A DNA stretch of 64,000 nt from Eledone cirrhosa (GCA_964016885.1 OZ024742.1:297476001-297540000); one strand, 5' to 3'; shown: positions 40,830 to 53,760, counted from the first letter of the stretch. The notes: generated by a model from the letters alone, not told the origin. A program made the numbers and translations.

Positions 40830-41065
40830 CTACTGTACTTTCAGAGTACCCTCTACCACTGCTGATTTTGTCACCCAGGTAACGGAAGGAGTCCACTATT
40901 TCTATAGAACCATCTGGGCATATATATATATATATGAAAAAGTTCTATTTAAATTGTTGGGATACAACAAGCAAATATTTTTATAACTGATATAAAGCAC
41001 TCAACAAGTACTTGGAGTAAACATACGATATTAACAAATGGAGACTATATTTATAAAACCATATT

Positions 41066-41130
41066 TATTTCATTATACATATTTCAAGGACACCAAGTTA
41101 AATTATGGTGTGCTTTCATCAGACAAAATA
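41066..41130 (-). ncRNA. Type I hammerhead ribozyme
   Basis: Reverse complement of 41207-41271. Confidence 0.75.
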
Positions 41131-41206
41131 TAATATAGATCAGTTTTATAAATATATATTGACATACCCTTAAAAAATGCAACCATTATAAAACTGATCT
41201 ATATTA

Positions 41207-41271
41207 TATTTTGTCTGATGAAAGCACACCATAATTTAACTTGGTGTCCTTGAAATATGTATAATGAAATA
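41207..41271 (+). ncRNA. Type I hammerhead ribozyme
   Basis: TATTTTGT-CTGATGA-AAGCACACCA..TGGTGTCCTT-GAAA-TATGTA-TA-ATGAAATA; 8-bp stem I with G-U pairs; self-complementary ATATGTAT stem III. Confidence 0.75.
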
Positions 41272-41310
41272 AATATGGTTTTATGAATATAGTTTCCATT
41301 TGTTAATATC

Positions 41311-41400
<90 letters not shown>

Positions 41401-41409
41401 ACAGATTAA

Positions 41410-41460
41410 AGTTTAAGCAAAGAATCGCTGCTTTCACCCTTAACGGGATCTTCTGAAACT
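41410..41460 (-). ncRNA. Hammerhead with U4A core change
   Basis: Same as 49815-49865 but CAGAAGA. Confidence 0.6.
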
Positions 41461-41699
41461 AACAAAGTCAATCTGTAAACGCAGAAGTGGATATTTCAAA
41501 AAACGTTGCAACCGGAGGAAGACAGGAAGACGATACTTTGGTTCGTGGAAACGTTCGCTATGCAAATAAGTAATGGTATAAACAAAACATAAACTAATCG
41601 GTGCGTCATCAATGAAATCAACGATGCTGGGTTTAAAATCACATCTGATCTCAACATCCTGGACCGGACCGAACCTCTGGACCCTATTTCTCCCCACTT

Positions 41700-43292
41700 T
41701 ACCCTGAAGGATCACAAATCCAATTTTCCGAACAACCCCTCTATGTGGCTTATTAATCCTACGAAGTCCGATTTAGGTAGACTTAGTAAAACGATTCTTG
41801 TTAGAATTATACCTGAAATTATAAGTTTGGGCCCTCTTGCACTGTGGAACAATTCTTTCGCGGTGATTGATTGGTTCAACGGCATATGTAACAAGGAACA
41901 TTGCCGTTTTATCCAATTCGACATCAACAATTACTACTCCTCCATCACTTTACCACTTCTCCTTAGAGCTATCAATTTCGCTAAAACACTCACAGTGGTT
42001 AAGGATTTCGAAGTTGATGTCATCCTCAATGCCCGAAAGTCGGTGATTAATTTCGACGACTCTATTTGGATTAAAAAATCCAATAGTACCCCATTCGACG
42101 TGAGTATGGGCGCCAGTGATTCTGCGGAGGTTATTGATCTTATCGGCCTTCTCCTTCCTTTCTCTATCAAGGACGAATTCCCCAACGCGGGCGGTGGTTT
42201 GTACTGTGACGATGGTCTTTTGACCATGACTAAGTGCGGACCTCGTGCTTGCGACAGGTTCAGAAAAGAACTCACAGCCTTCTTAAAGGCTTCAATCTCT
42301 ATACAGGTTGAGGCCAATCTATCGGTCGTTAGTTACCTTGACGTTACCCTCAATTTATTGAATGGGTTGTATTACCCGTATAGAAAGCCGAATGATACGC
42401 TTAATTACATAAGTAAGCATTCCAACCATCCTGCCAGCATAACCAAGAACCTGGTAAGAAACGTTTCGTTAAGGCTTTCCCGTCTTTCCACCAACGAGCG
42501 TATTTTCAACGACCATTCCACTTATTACAATGAAGCTCTTGCTCGAAGTGGATTTATCGATAAGGTAGCATATACAGAGTACGAAAATAGACCTAGAAGA
42601 AATAGATCCCGTCGCATTTGTTGGTATAACCTACCATATAATATGGAGGTGGCCACACCATTAGCTAAGATCTTTCTTTCCCTAGTACGAAGCATTTCCC
42701 CCCTACACATAAATATAGTAAAATTTTTAATAGAAATACTATTAACATTTCTTACTCTACGACTCCTAACCTTGCACATAACATCACAGCTTCAAATTTA
42801 GCTAAACTACCTAGCCGTAGGAACACGTGCAACCCTGTAGTTAGTACTAACTGTAATTGTAGGAATCGGGTTGATTGCCCCCTTTCTGGGAAATGCGTCT
42901 CTAGTAACATTGTCTACAAATGTAAGGTTGTAACACCCACGTCCCGTAGGGCCTACATAGGGTTAACCGCCAATAGATTCAAGCAGCGTCTTTACACGCA
43001 TACCCATTCTTTTCGTTACCCTCTAAGAAGGAATATGATGTCACTTTCAGGTTATATCTGGAGTCTAAAAGACAACCACACCCAATATAAGTTACACTGG
43101 GAGATCCTAGCTAGGGCTAGATCGTATAACGGAAATAAAAGACCATGTGACCTCTGCGCCGCTGAGGCCCTGGAAATACTCTACGCCACAGACCACATCT
43201 TAAACAAAAAATCTGAGGCAATTTCGGCTTGTAAACATAAATTGCACAAAACTTTCCTGTATTACAGCCCTACGTTATACCCTAGCGGATAG
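41700..43292 (+). pseudogene. PLE RT + GIY-YIG, frameshifted near 42690
   Basis: LINPTKSDLGRLSK, FDI..YYSSI, FDVSMGA, YCDDG, YLDV, YRKPN; then CNCRNRVDCPLSGKC (CxCx5Cx5C), IVYKC, YIGLT, KQRLYTH, CDLC. Confidence 0.9.
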
Positions 43293-43470
43293 TACGATCT
43301 ATACGTGGATATTTTACGTCTTGATGTGGGAGCTAAGTTTATGTTTTGTTTATATCATTACTTATTTGCATAGCGAACGTTTTCACAAACCAAAGTATCG
43401 TCTTCCTGTCTTCCTCCGGTTGCAACGTTCTTTGAAATATCCACTTATGCGTTTACAGATTGACTTTGTT

Positions 43471-43521
43471 AGTTTCAGAAGATTCCGTTAAGGGTGAAAG
43501 CAGCAATTCTTTACTTAAACT
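43471..43521 (+). ncRNA. Hammerhead with U4A core change
   Basis: AGTTT-CAGAAGA-TTCCgttaaGGGT-GAAAGCA...TACTT-AAACT. Confidence 0.55.
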
Positions 43522-43615
43522 TGAATATGTTATTTTAATATATATTTGCTCTACGGTTCTTATATATTTGATATATATTTATCCTTATCGAGCCCTCTTT
43601 GAAATTTATTATTAT

Positions 43616-43683
<68 letters not shown>

Positions 43684-43684
43684 G

Positions 43685-43758
<74 letters not shown>

Positions 43759-43766
43759 CATATATG

Positions 43767-43879
<113 letters not shown>

Positions 43880-43978
43880 TTGAGGTTGGTAATGGCACAT
43901 GGAATATATAAGAGACAGAATACTTTTTTGTGGAAAAACATATAATTTTATAAGGTAAGGAAATAATAAAGGGTATAA

Positions 43979-44026
43979 AAAATGACCGGTTTCGATGGGT
44001 CTGCAAAAGCCATCTTTTCAAATGTT
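43979..44026 (-). ncRNA. Minimal hammerhead ribozyme, U3-A8 core variant
   Basis: Minus strand: AACAT-TTGAAAA-GATGG..CCATC-GAAA-CCGG-TC-ATTTT; palindromic CCGG loop; GUC site. Confidence 0.75.
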
Positions 44027-44349
44027 GATTAATATTAAGAAAAATTAATAATAAGAAGAGTTAAAATTTGAGATTTGAAAATTCAAGTATAAAATTCATT
44101 GTGGGATTTCACAGTAGTTTTCTTCTTGGTAGCAGCTCGTTTAGCAGCTCGTTGACTGCTGGGTGCCTTTCTGGTAGTGAATGAGAAGTTATTTAGGGGG
44201 GTGGGTTATTTTATAAAGGTCAAATTTAGCAATGGCCAGATGGCCAGCTGCTGGTCAGTGAGGGGGTGGAAGCAATATACATACATATATCTTCCTGTGG
44301 TAGGTAGGAGAAGGGAGATTGATAGAAAGGGATTTAGTGCACTTACACC

Positions 44350-44404
44350 TATATATACACACATACCTTCATCCACACATACATACATATACATATACAT
44401 ACAC

Positions 44405-44458
<54 letters not shown>

Positions 44459-44610
44459 ATACATATACACACGTACATACACACACACACATACATATAT
44501 ATACACACACACATACACACACACATATATATGCACATACACACACATATATATATATACACACACACACATATATATACATACACATACATCCAGATAC
44601 ACACATACAT

Positions 44611-44646
<36 letters not shown>

Positions 44647-45005
44647 GTGTACATACACATATATACACACATATACATACACATATATATACACACACCC
44701 CTACACATACATACACACACACACATATATATACATACACACATACAAACACACACACACACACACACATATATACACATACACACACATATATATATAC
44801 ACACACACACATATATATATATACACATACGCATACATCCAGATACACACATACATACACACACACACGCACGCACACACACACAATACATACATCCACA
44901 TGCACACACATACACACATACACACACACACACATATATATACACATACACACACCCACACACAGAGAAATGGCCTCCAAATATATATATATACATACAC
45001 ATATA
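44350..45005. repeat. Long mixed (CA)/(TA) microsatellite within the Neptune 3' region
   Basis: Visible directly. Confidence 0.95.
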
Positions 45006-45329
45006 TTTTTTCCATAATATAAGAAGTTAGAACAGTGAAATTAAAATACAAGTCATTCTGATCACATTGAGTTCTTCATGTAGATTGGGCCCCGCAACCG
45101 ACAGTGGTGAATTCTGTGTGCGCATATATATATAGATATATGTGTGTGCACGTGCAGGGTTTAACATGGATGTGTTGGTCACACAAAGGCATGGTCTGTC
45201 AACGAATAAACCTGATTCTACAGAATTGGTCTCTGGTCTTTAATAGTAGTGATAATTATATACATGTACACATACAAACACATATATCTGTCACTCCGTG
45301 CGTATGTGTGTTTATATTTTATGACAATT

Positions 45330-47177
45330 CTATTGGGGTGATAACCCGTTTAGTTTTGGTTTAAATTTGTTAAGGAATAGATTTTCTTTGTTTATTCTTT
45401 GTTGCTGTGTGAACGAATCTGAGCACTTGTAGAAGGGGAAGATTTTAAAGTTGGGTAGTGTCATTCCTGCGCAGTTCGCAATATGGCTGCTCAAGGGGAC
45501 TTTTCTTGTGCTAGCGTCCCGGATTTGTTGGCGGTGGATGTTCATTCTTTTGCGTAATGAGGTGCCCGTCTGTCCTATGTAGTTGTGTTTGCACCCACCG
45601 CAAGTTATTGCGTAAATCAAGTTCTCCGAGTTGCAGGTGAAATTGTTTTTTACTGTAAATGTTTGGCCATCTTTAAATGTAAATTTTTGTCCTTCAGTGA
45701 GGTAGAGGCACGTTCCACAGTTTGTTCTACCACATTTGGTAACTGTAGGGTTGAGGATTGGTTTGGGTATATTTGGTCCAGTGAGAATGCGTTTTAGTGA
45801 TTTGGGTTGTCTTTTACTTTTAAGGATCTTGTGTGTTTCAAGAATAGACTTCATTTTTACATCTTTAAGTAGGATGGGGAGGTTTTTGTGTAGGTGATCA
45901 AACATTTCGGTATTTCTGGGGTTGAAAGTGGATACATATGGCAGGGTGTTGAGTGTGGTTTTCTGTTTTGGATTGTTAAGTTGATGGGGATTTAGGTGTT
46001 TTGCCCTGTCTATTCCATTGTTGATTATTTCAAGTGGAAAGGCTCTTAAGATAAGGGTGTCTTTTAGTTCCTTTAGTCTTTGCTCCCGTTTAGGTGGATC
46101 TGATACTATGGTACATATACGTTTGGCCAAATTGTAAGGAATGTTAAGTTTTGTATGTTTTGGGTGACTTGATGTGAAAAAGAGGTACTGCTTGGAATCT
46201 GTGGGTTTATAGAATATATCTGTATCTAATTTCCCGTCTATTACAGAGATGAGAATATCCAAGAAGGCTAATTCCTTGGGATTGGATTCCATTGTGAATT
46301 GTATGTTATTATCTATGTTGTTTATCATGTTTTTAAACATAGTAAGTGAGTTCATGTCTTCTTGCCATAGGATAAAGCAGTCGTCTAGATATCTTTTCCA
46401 ATTGGCTTTGAGGTGTGTGTGGAAAGAGTCTCCAAATAAGAGAAGGGACTGACTGTATATTTGTTGTTCATGGAATCCCATGACTAGGTTGGCATATGTG
46501 GGTGCTACTTTCGTGCCCATTGACGTACCTGATACTTGTCTGTATGTTGAACCATTGAATGTGAAGTAGTTATTTTGTAGGATAAAGCGGAGTCCGTCAG
46601 TGATAAAATCTTTGTTGATGCGTGTCGGTATTTCTGATGGGTGTGTGTTAAGCCAGTATTGGACTGCTGTTATTCCATAGTTGTGGGGTATGTTTGTGTA
46701 GAGGTTTATTATGTCAAAGGAGACAAGAATTGTATTTGCACTTACTGTTTTAGGGAGGTGTTTCAGCATGTCAAGGTCATCTCGTATGTAGCTCTGTATA
46801 TGTTGTAGAAAGGGTTTCAGTAGGATGTCCAGAAAGTTGCTAAGTCTGTGGGTTTCACATGTAGGGCCTGCTATAATTGGCCTGAGTTTTAGGTCTTCTG
46901 GTGGTGTTAGTTCAATGTAATTGTTGGTTGAGGTGTCACATGCATCGTTTATGGGTTTACATTTGTGGAGTTTCGGTAAGCCGTAAAAAGAGCTTGTATT
47001 GCATTTGAAGTGGCTTATATAGTAAAACTCTTTTGTGGTTAAGCTGTTGCGGTATTTATTCAGTAAGGTCAAAAGGTTCCCCATTGTTTTGGTGTGTTTG
47101 TAGTTTTCTGTTGTTTCATAGTATGTGTTGTTTTCTAAAATGTTAAGTGCGAGGGTCCTATAGTAGTCGGTATTCAT
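45330..47177 (-). CDS. PLE reverse transcriptase + GIY-YIG endonuclease (615 aa; frame continues upstream through NLS..E..L.NNPEITIKEADKG)
   Basis: FYGLPKLHK, RPII, SFDIINLYTNIP, Q.SGTSMGT..AP.YANL, RYLDD, FLDI, FYKPTD, CGRTNCGTC, NLIYAITC..C..YIGQT, R.N.H, GLS; no stops. Confidence 0.93.
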   Translation of the reverse strand: MNTDYYRTLALNILENNTYYETTENYKHTKTMGNLLTLLNKYRNSLTTKEFYYISHFKCNTSSFYGLPKLHKCKPINDACDTSTNNYIELTPPEDLKLRPIIAGPTCETHRLSNFLDILLKPFLQHIQSYIRDDLDMLKHLPKTVSANTILVSFDIINLYTNIPHNYGITAVQYWLNTHPSEIPTRINKDFITDGLRFILQNNYFTFNGSTYRQVSGTSMGTKVAPTYANLVMGFHEQQIYSQSLLLFGDSFHTHLKANWKRYLDDCFILWQEDMNSLTMFKNMINNIDNNIQFTMESNPKELAFLDILISVIDGKLDTDIFYKPTDSKQYLFFTSSHPKHTKLNIPYNLAKRICTIVSDPPKREQRLKELKDTLILRAFPLEIINNGIDRAKHLNPHQLNNPKQKTTLNTLPYVSTFNPRNTEMFDHLHKNLPILLKDVKMKSILETHKILKSKRQPKSLKRILTGPNIPKPILNPTVTKCGRTNCGTCLYLTEGQKFTFKDGQTFTVKNNFTCNSENLIYAITCGGCKHNYIGQTGTSLRKRMNIHRQQIRDASTRKVPLSSHIANCAGMTLPNFKIFPFYKCSDSFTQQQRINKENLFLNKFKPKLNGLSPQ

Positions 47178-47494
47178 AATGACAACAGTACTGCCTTTAT
47201 CGGCTTCTTTGATAGTTATCTCAGGGTTGTTTCTAAGTGTAAATAATTCTTCCCATTCGTGTGTAGATAGGTTTGATTTCGTGTGTTTATTTGTATTTTT
47301 TTCATAGGGAAAGTTGGTGATGTGGCTTTTGCAGACCCATCGAAACCGGTCATTTTTTATACCCTTTATTATTTCCTTACCTTATAAAATTATATGTTTT
47401 TTCACAAAAAAGTATTCTGTCTCTTATATATTCCATGTGCCATTACCAACCTCAATTTTCTCTATAACCTTCGTTTTGTGTAGTAAATTACACT

Positions 47495-47573
<79 letters not shown>

Positions 47574-48122
47574 TATATATATATAAACAATATATAGAGA
47601 AACACTATCTTATTACTAATTATATCTAATGTTTCTTCTCTCTTCATAATGCATTATATAGCTCTGATACTGAATCAATCTAATCCATTCGGATTGGTTT
47701 GTCCCAGTTATTCATAGAGCAACATCGGTTGAGGTTGGTACCACTAACTCAGGGATATATGTGGATATATTCATGTATATGTATGTGTCCGCATGTATCT
47801 GTGTGTTTCTCTATATATTGTTTATAACTCCCTTTGGTCGAGTAACCTTTGAAGTGTAGTGACTGCTGGAAAGCTACCATTACTCATACTTCTTGCCTCC
47901 TTAACCACCTCTTCTAGGGCCTTGATATAAATTTCCCCTCCGCCTCCGTGGTATTTTTTTCAGTGTTATAAGAGGCTTAGCTCTGTTTCGTGACCGATGT
48001 ATCACGTGATTGACACCCCTCCACCTTTCGGGATTCTATCTCGCATATTACGGATGTGTTTTGAAACGCTTAATGAGGTATGCTCTTGATAAGTGGGCAG
48101 ACCTCACAAAAATTCTATATAT

Positions 48123-48172
48123 CTGTGATGTAGTGTTTTTGCATAATATGCCACGAAACTACGTAGTCGGAG
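48123..48172 (+). ncRNA. Decayed hammerhead
   Basis: CTG-TGA (A6 missing), decayed stem II, GAAA-CTACGTAG-TC with palindromic stem III. Confidence 0.45.
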
Positions 48173-48243
48173 ACTAAAGAACCAGTTGGGTATGATATAT
48201 CTTATTACTAATTATATCTAATGTTTCTTCTCTCTTCATAATG

Positions 48244-48280
<37 letters not shown>

Positions 48281-48412
48281 TTGATTTTTTTAAAATTGAG
48301 TTTGAATTATTTTCCCATATCTTACGTTAATTATTTTTCATTTTGACGTTATAGTCACTTATATATTATGAAATACTGTTGGCTTCTTGAGCACATTAAT
48401 TTCTCTATTTTC

Positions 48413-49186
<774 letters not shown>

Positions 49187-49192
49187 ATGTAG

Positions 49193-49240
<48 letters not shown>

Positions 49241-49244
<4 letters not shown>

Positions 49245-49656
49245 GTACTACTGTACGTCTGTATACAAATATGTATGTACGTTTACATACTTATATTTAA
49301 GTAACAGCCGTACTAAGAGTGAGAAATGAAATTTCGTTTCATTTTTCCGTTTATCGTTTTCGGTACCCCGACCGATTAACTCACTCGATATGCAAATTAG
49401 GCTGCTCAGCCGTTAATATGCATAAGGAAAGTATATACTTTCAGACGTTCAACCATCTGGCAGGAAGGTATACGTTGCTGACGATAGCTAATAAGCTTGA
49501 AACTAGTACAGCGTTCTTTGTCAGTGTTGAACAAATGAGCAACGATGGTTGCTAGACACGGTACGGCTTAATTCGAGATGTTTGTTTACAAACACACCGA
49601 TCATTATTTTAAATGTTCGGTGAATCCATACGTACATATATATATGTGTGTGCATG

Positions 49657-49660
<4 letters not shown>
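49241..49660 (+). mobile_element. Retrozyme-like ~420 bp non-coding unit
   Basis: One of five full copies; central HHR; no recognisable protein. Confidence 0.8.
49472..49514 (+). ncRNA. Minimal type I hammerhead ribozyme
   Basis: ACGTTG-CTGACGA-T-AGCT aata AGCT-T-GAAA-CTAG-TA-CAGCGT; 6-bp stem I; palindromic CTAG loop; GUA site. Confidence 0.88.
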
Positions 49661-49707
<47 letters not shown>

Positions 49708-49814
49708 ATAATAATAAATTTGAAGACTAAAATCCAAAGAGGGCTCGATAAGGATAAATATATATCAAATATATAAGAACCGTAGAGCAAATATTTATTA
49801 AAATAACAGATTAA

Positions 49815-49865
49815 AGTTTAAGCAAAGAATCGCTGCTTTCACCCTTAACGGGATCTTCAGAAACT
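49815..49865 (-). ncRNA. Type I hammerhead ribozyme (intact core, CUU site)
   Basis: Minus strand: AGTTT-CTGAAGA-TCCC gttaa GGGT-GAA-AGCAG cgattct TTGCT-T-AAACT. Confidence 0.8.
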
Positions 49866-49962
49866 AACAAAGTCAATCTGTAAACGCAGAACGGCATATT
49901 TCAAAAAACGTTGCAACCGGAGGAAGACAGGAAGACGATACTTTGGTTCGTGGTAACGTTCG

Positions 49963-50707
49963 CTGGCTAAGAACGGGAAAAAACGAATATAATACGTCAT
50001 TAATAGGAGCGGTGAAAAACAATTACGCGCAAAGACAGAACCACGTTTATGGTATAATAGAGGTCGTAGACTAATGTTCTCTTAGGTGGTGCATAGAGAC
50101 GTTCTCTGGCGATGAACGAAAATAATACGTCATATGTGGAGCGTGGAGAACAATAGCACGCAAAGACAAAACCACGTAAATGGTATAGCAGAAGTCGTAG
50201 ACTAAATTCTAACTAGGAGACCGAATGAATCTCCGCTACGGAGTTAAGAACAAAGTAAATAAATACAATACAGAAGTAATAGAAATAAATAAATACATAC
50301 ACGCAAACAGAAACGTACATACACAAGCATGCGCAAAATCTTACCATAGGTAAACAAAACCACGCACATATAAATATGTGTGTGTGTGTAAGCGTGTATA
50401 CAAATAAATAAATAATTATATAAACGTATATAAATAAATAAATACGTATATAACAAGCGCACACATATACCTACATGTAAATACACGAATGTTCGGAGAC
50501 ATAAGTCAACCAAAACATGAAGTACACATATACACACGCCCTACATACGTACGAACCTGCATACTCACACAGACGCAAAATTCCCGTATACACATAGCCG
50601 AACCATATGTACCAGAATATATAAAAAAATTATACGCCATAACAATCAAATATACGTACGAGAAGGTATACGTACCTACACAAAACATACGGATAATAAA
50701 GACTTAC
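49963..50707 (-). other. 745 bp spliceosomal intron in the PLE pLTR
   Basis: gcatag|GTAAGT ... ttttttcccgttcttagcCAG|cgaacg; sibling copies read gcatag|cgaacg at 43373/43374 and 41558/41557. Confidence 0.9.
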
Positions 50708-51242
50708 CTATGCAAATAAGTAAAGGTATAAACAAAACATATACTTAGCTCCCACATCGAGACGTAAAGTATCTACGTATAGATCGTATTATCCGTTGGG
50801 GTATAACGTGGGGCTGTAATACAGGAAAGTTTTGTGCAATTTATGTTTACAAGCCGAAATTGCCTCAGATTTTTTGTTTAAGATGTGGTCTATGGCGTAG
50901 AGTATTTCCAGGGCCTCAGCGGCGTAGAAGTCACATGGTCTTCTATTTACGTTATATGATCTAGCCCTCGCTAGGATCTCCCAGTGTAACTTATATTGGG
51001 TGTGGTTGTCTTTTAGACTCCAGATATAAGCTGAAAGTGACGTCATATTCCTTCTTAGAGGGTAACGAAAAGAATGGGTATCCATGTAAAAACGCTGCTT
51101 GAATCTATTGGCGGTTAACCCTATGTAGGCCATACGGGACGTGGGTGTTACAACCTTACATTTGTAGACAATGTTACTAGAGAGGCATTTCCCGGATAGG
51201 GAAAGCAGCGATTCTTTGCTTAAACTTTAATCTGTTATTTGA

Positions 51243-51287
<45 letters not shown>

Positions 51288-51293
<6 letters not shown>

Positions 51294-51700
51294 CTACTGT
51301 ACGTCTGTATACATATATGTATGTACGTATACATACTTATATTTAAGTAACAGCCGTACTAAGAGTGAGAAATGAAATTTCGTTTCATTTTTCCGTTTAT
51401 CGTTTTCGGTACCCCGACCGATTAACTCACTCGATATGCAAATTAGGCTGCTCAGTCGTTAATATGAATAAGGAAAGTATATACTTTCAGACGTTCAACC
51501 ATCTGGCAGGAAGGTATACATTGCTGACGATAGCTAATAAGCTTGAAACTAGTACAGCGTTCCTTTGTCAGCGTTGAACAAATGAGCAACGATGGTTGCT
51601 AGACACTGTACGGATAATTCGGGATGTTTGTTTACAAACACACCGAGCATTATAATAAATGTTCGGTGAATCCATACGTACATATATAAATGTGTACATG

Positions 51701-51751
<51 letters not shown>

Positions 51752-51831
51752 TACTGTACGTCTGTATACATATATGTATGTACGTATACATACTTATATA
51801 TAAGTAACAGCCGTACTAAGAGTGAGAAATG

Positions 51832-51836
<5 letters not shown>
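51288..51836 (+). mobile_element. Retrozyme-like array: full unit, (TA)n, start of the next unit
   Basis: 51288-51706 matches 49241-49660; 51748-51836 repeats the unit start. Confidence 0.8.
51518..51560 (+). ncRNA. Minimal hammerhead ribozyme
   Basis: CTGACGA-TAGCTAATAAGCTT-GAAA-CTAG-TA-CAGCGT. Confidence 0.85.
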
Positions 51837-51879
<43 letters not shown>

Positions 51880-52032
51880 AAAGATATATGGTAGGTCGTA
51901 TGTGAATCGCGATGATCACGCCTGACCTACCAAATATGCAACGGTAGCTAGTTAAGCTCTATGCGTATAAGCAGAGCAGAAATATTAATGAAAAAGAACA
52001 AAGGAACTATTATGACATTATAACAAGTTTAT

Positions 52033-52079
52033 TGCCGACATCCGTTTCGTCCGACCATATGGTGGGACTTTTCAAGGCA
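52033..52079 (-). ncRNA. Type I hammerhead ribozyme, U3-A8 variant, in a probable PLE remnant (~51878-53000)
   Basis: Minus strand: TGCC-TTGAAAA-GTCC caccatatggtc GGAC-GAA-AC ggat GT-C-GGCA; all three stems pair; GUC site. Confidence 0.8.
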
Positions 52080-53289
52080 TATAACATGTGATTGTAAGTT
52101 CATTATTTACATCAACGTTTCACCCAAGATTAGCAGTTTGACATTGTGGTAAACATCAGCAGCTCCGCTTGTATATTTAGGGTCTATATTCTAAGGGGGC
52201 TCTTTTATATTAGTTGTCGGAGTTGTAAAAGGGATGGGTTATGGGGAGTTAAGAGAATTTGAAAAGGGCCTAAGAGTCAGGGATTGAAGGTTAAAAATTA
52301 GATAATTTATAATTTACGCATTAAAAGTAAAAGACTTGAGACCTCGTAGAAGCACCTTAAAAAATCCCTCAATAAGTGCATAAAGCTTATAAGCCCCAAT
52401 AAACCTAACAAACCAGAAGAGATTAAGAGACTAAAAGAATAAAAAAATAAAAAAATAAAAATATAAAGTTTCCTAAAAATTCCTTCGAGAGAAAAAAAAT
52501 TTTTTTCGAAAGAAAAAAATTTTCTTCCCCAGAGATCACGTTAAAAAATTTCAGAAAGTTTACGAAGTTTTGATAATCCCTACTAAGTTGAAAGAAACTA
52601 ATCAATTAAAGGTTAATTCAAAAAGCCTTCAAAAAATCCCTCAGAAAAGGCCCCTTTAATATTTTTAATAAGAACCTCTCCCGAGAGACCCTTCGAAGAA
52701 TTAAAATTTTAGAGAGCCTTTAAGGATATATATAAACGAATTGAGGAAAATTATAAATTAAAAGTTAAAAATTACGGGATTTGGGATATCCGAGGAATTT
52801 TCAAAGGGCTGCTTCAACAGATACAACTTAGGTATAATAGATAAAATAATTTAAGTAATTTAAGTAATTTAATTAGGGAGCAATTCAAAGAGCTTATCAA
52901 GTTGGGCAAGATTAAAGAAAATGATAAGTAAGAAAATACATAAGCAAAAAGACAATAATTATAAAATGTATTTTTAAGAAGGTATAAGGTAGCTTCAGTA
53001 ATCTAATAATGTACTATCAAAAAATTATTATAAAATTATTAATACAGGATTAACAAAGACATAATAATATATTCCTGCCTAATTAACAAATAATCAATAA
53101 ACAATTAACAGTCAGGCATAACCCGCGCTCGGATACTTTACACACATACAGCAACACATAGGATTAACAAAGACATAATGGTATATTCCTGCCTAATTAA
53201 CAAACAATCAATAAACAATTGATAGTCAAGAAAATGTACTCAGGGATATCCCACGCACGGATACTTTACACACATACAGCAAGATGAAC

Positions 53290-53580
53290 AATACAGGTGA
53301 CCTTGTGGGTGCGATATCCATTGTGCAAAAAAGCACCCAGCCCACACTGTAAAGTGGACGTGTAGGCGCCACGGAAAAAGCACCCAGCACTCACTGTAAA
53401 TGAGGTTGGTGTTAGGAAGGGCATCCAGCTGTAGAAATCAAGCCAAAATCAGTTCCTGTATGAGCAAGGCATGGTCAGCCGACCATTCACTGCCCACAAC
53501 AGGACAACCCGTCTAACCCATGCTAGCATGGAAGAACGGACGTAAAACGGTGATGATGATAATGATGATGATGATGATGA
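53290..53580 (+). mobile_element. RTE-tailed element 3' end with (GAT)n tail
   Basis: ggttggtgttaggaagggcatccagc...taacccatgctagcatggaa...(gat)n. Confidence 0.75.
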
Positions 53581-53711
53581 CTCACTGTTTGGTTGGTTTT
53601 CGCTTCTGTATCTTTTATATCAGTTAATTTATTCGGTCCTAAATGTTTACCATTGACTGACCAACGGTAAAAAATACAGATATAATATAGACACAAACAC
53701 ATATATATAGT

Positions 53712-53760
53712 CTAACAAAGTTCTTTCGTTGCACATCTGCAACATCGTCAGTGGTGCTAT
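53712..53760 (-). ncRNA. Hammerhead ribozyme in family A pLTR
   Basis: Same core and stem II as 36514-36547. Confidence 0.7.

Larger units (their letters stand above)
37905..40920 (-). mobile_element. RTE LINE fragment split by an LTR element (RTE parts 37905-38812 and 40830-40920)
   Basis: YLGDKISSG..SESTVARVR reads through once the LTR element and one TSD copy are removed; GRPRKTWDD; (GAT)n tail. Confidence 0.9.
41023..41314. repeat. ~130 bp inverted repeat (fold-back) with an HHR in each arm
   Basis: 41023-41151 is the reverse complement of 41185-41314; lies within (TA)n tracts. Confidence 0.9.
41395..43620 (+). mobile_element. Penelope-like element, probably Hydra clade, with inverted 5' pLTR segment
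   Basis: 41395-41592 is the reverse complement of the 3' pLTR (~43340-43537); RT + EN ORF between; (TA)n on both sides. Confidence 0.9.
49705..51248 (-). mobile_element. Second Hydra-type PLE copy (EN C-terminus plus intron-containing pLTR) with short inverted pLTR piece at 51201-51248
   Basis: ORF 50789-51133 is nearly identical to 42950-43292; pLTR matches 43293-43620 apart from a 745 bp insert. Confidence 0.9.

Noticed and set aside
49319-49555. Repeated [17 protein letters not shown]... in the retrozyme-like unit
   Set aside because: GTG start, different C-termini between copies and not kept in the other copies; conservation reflects DNA identity only
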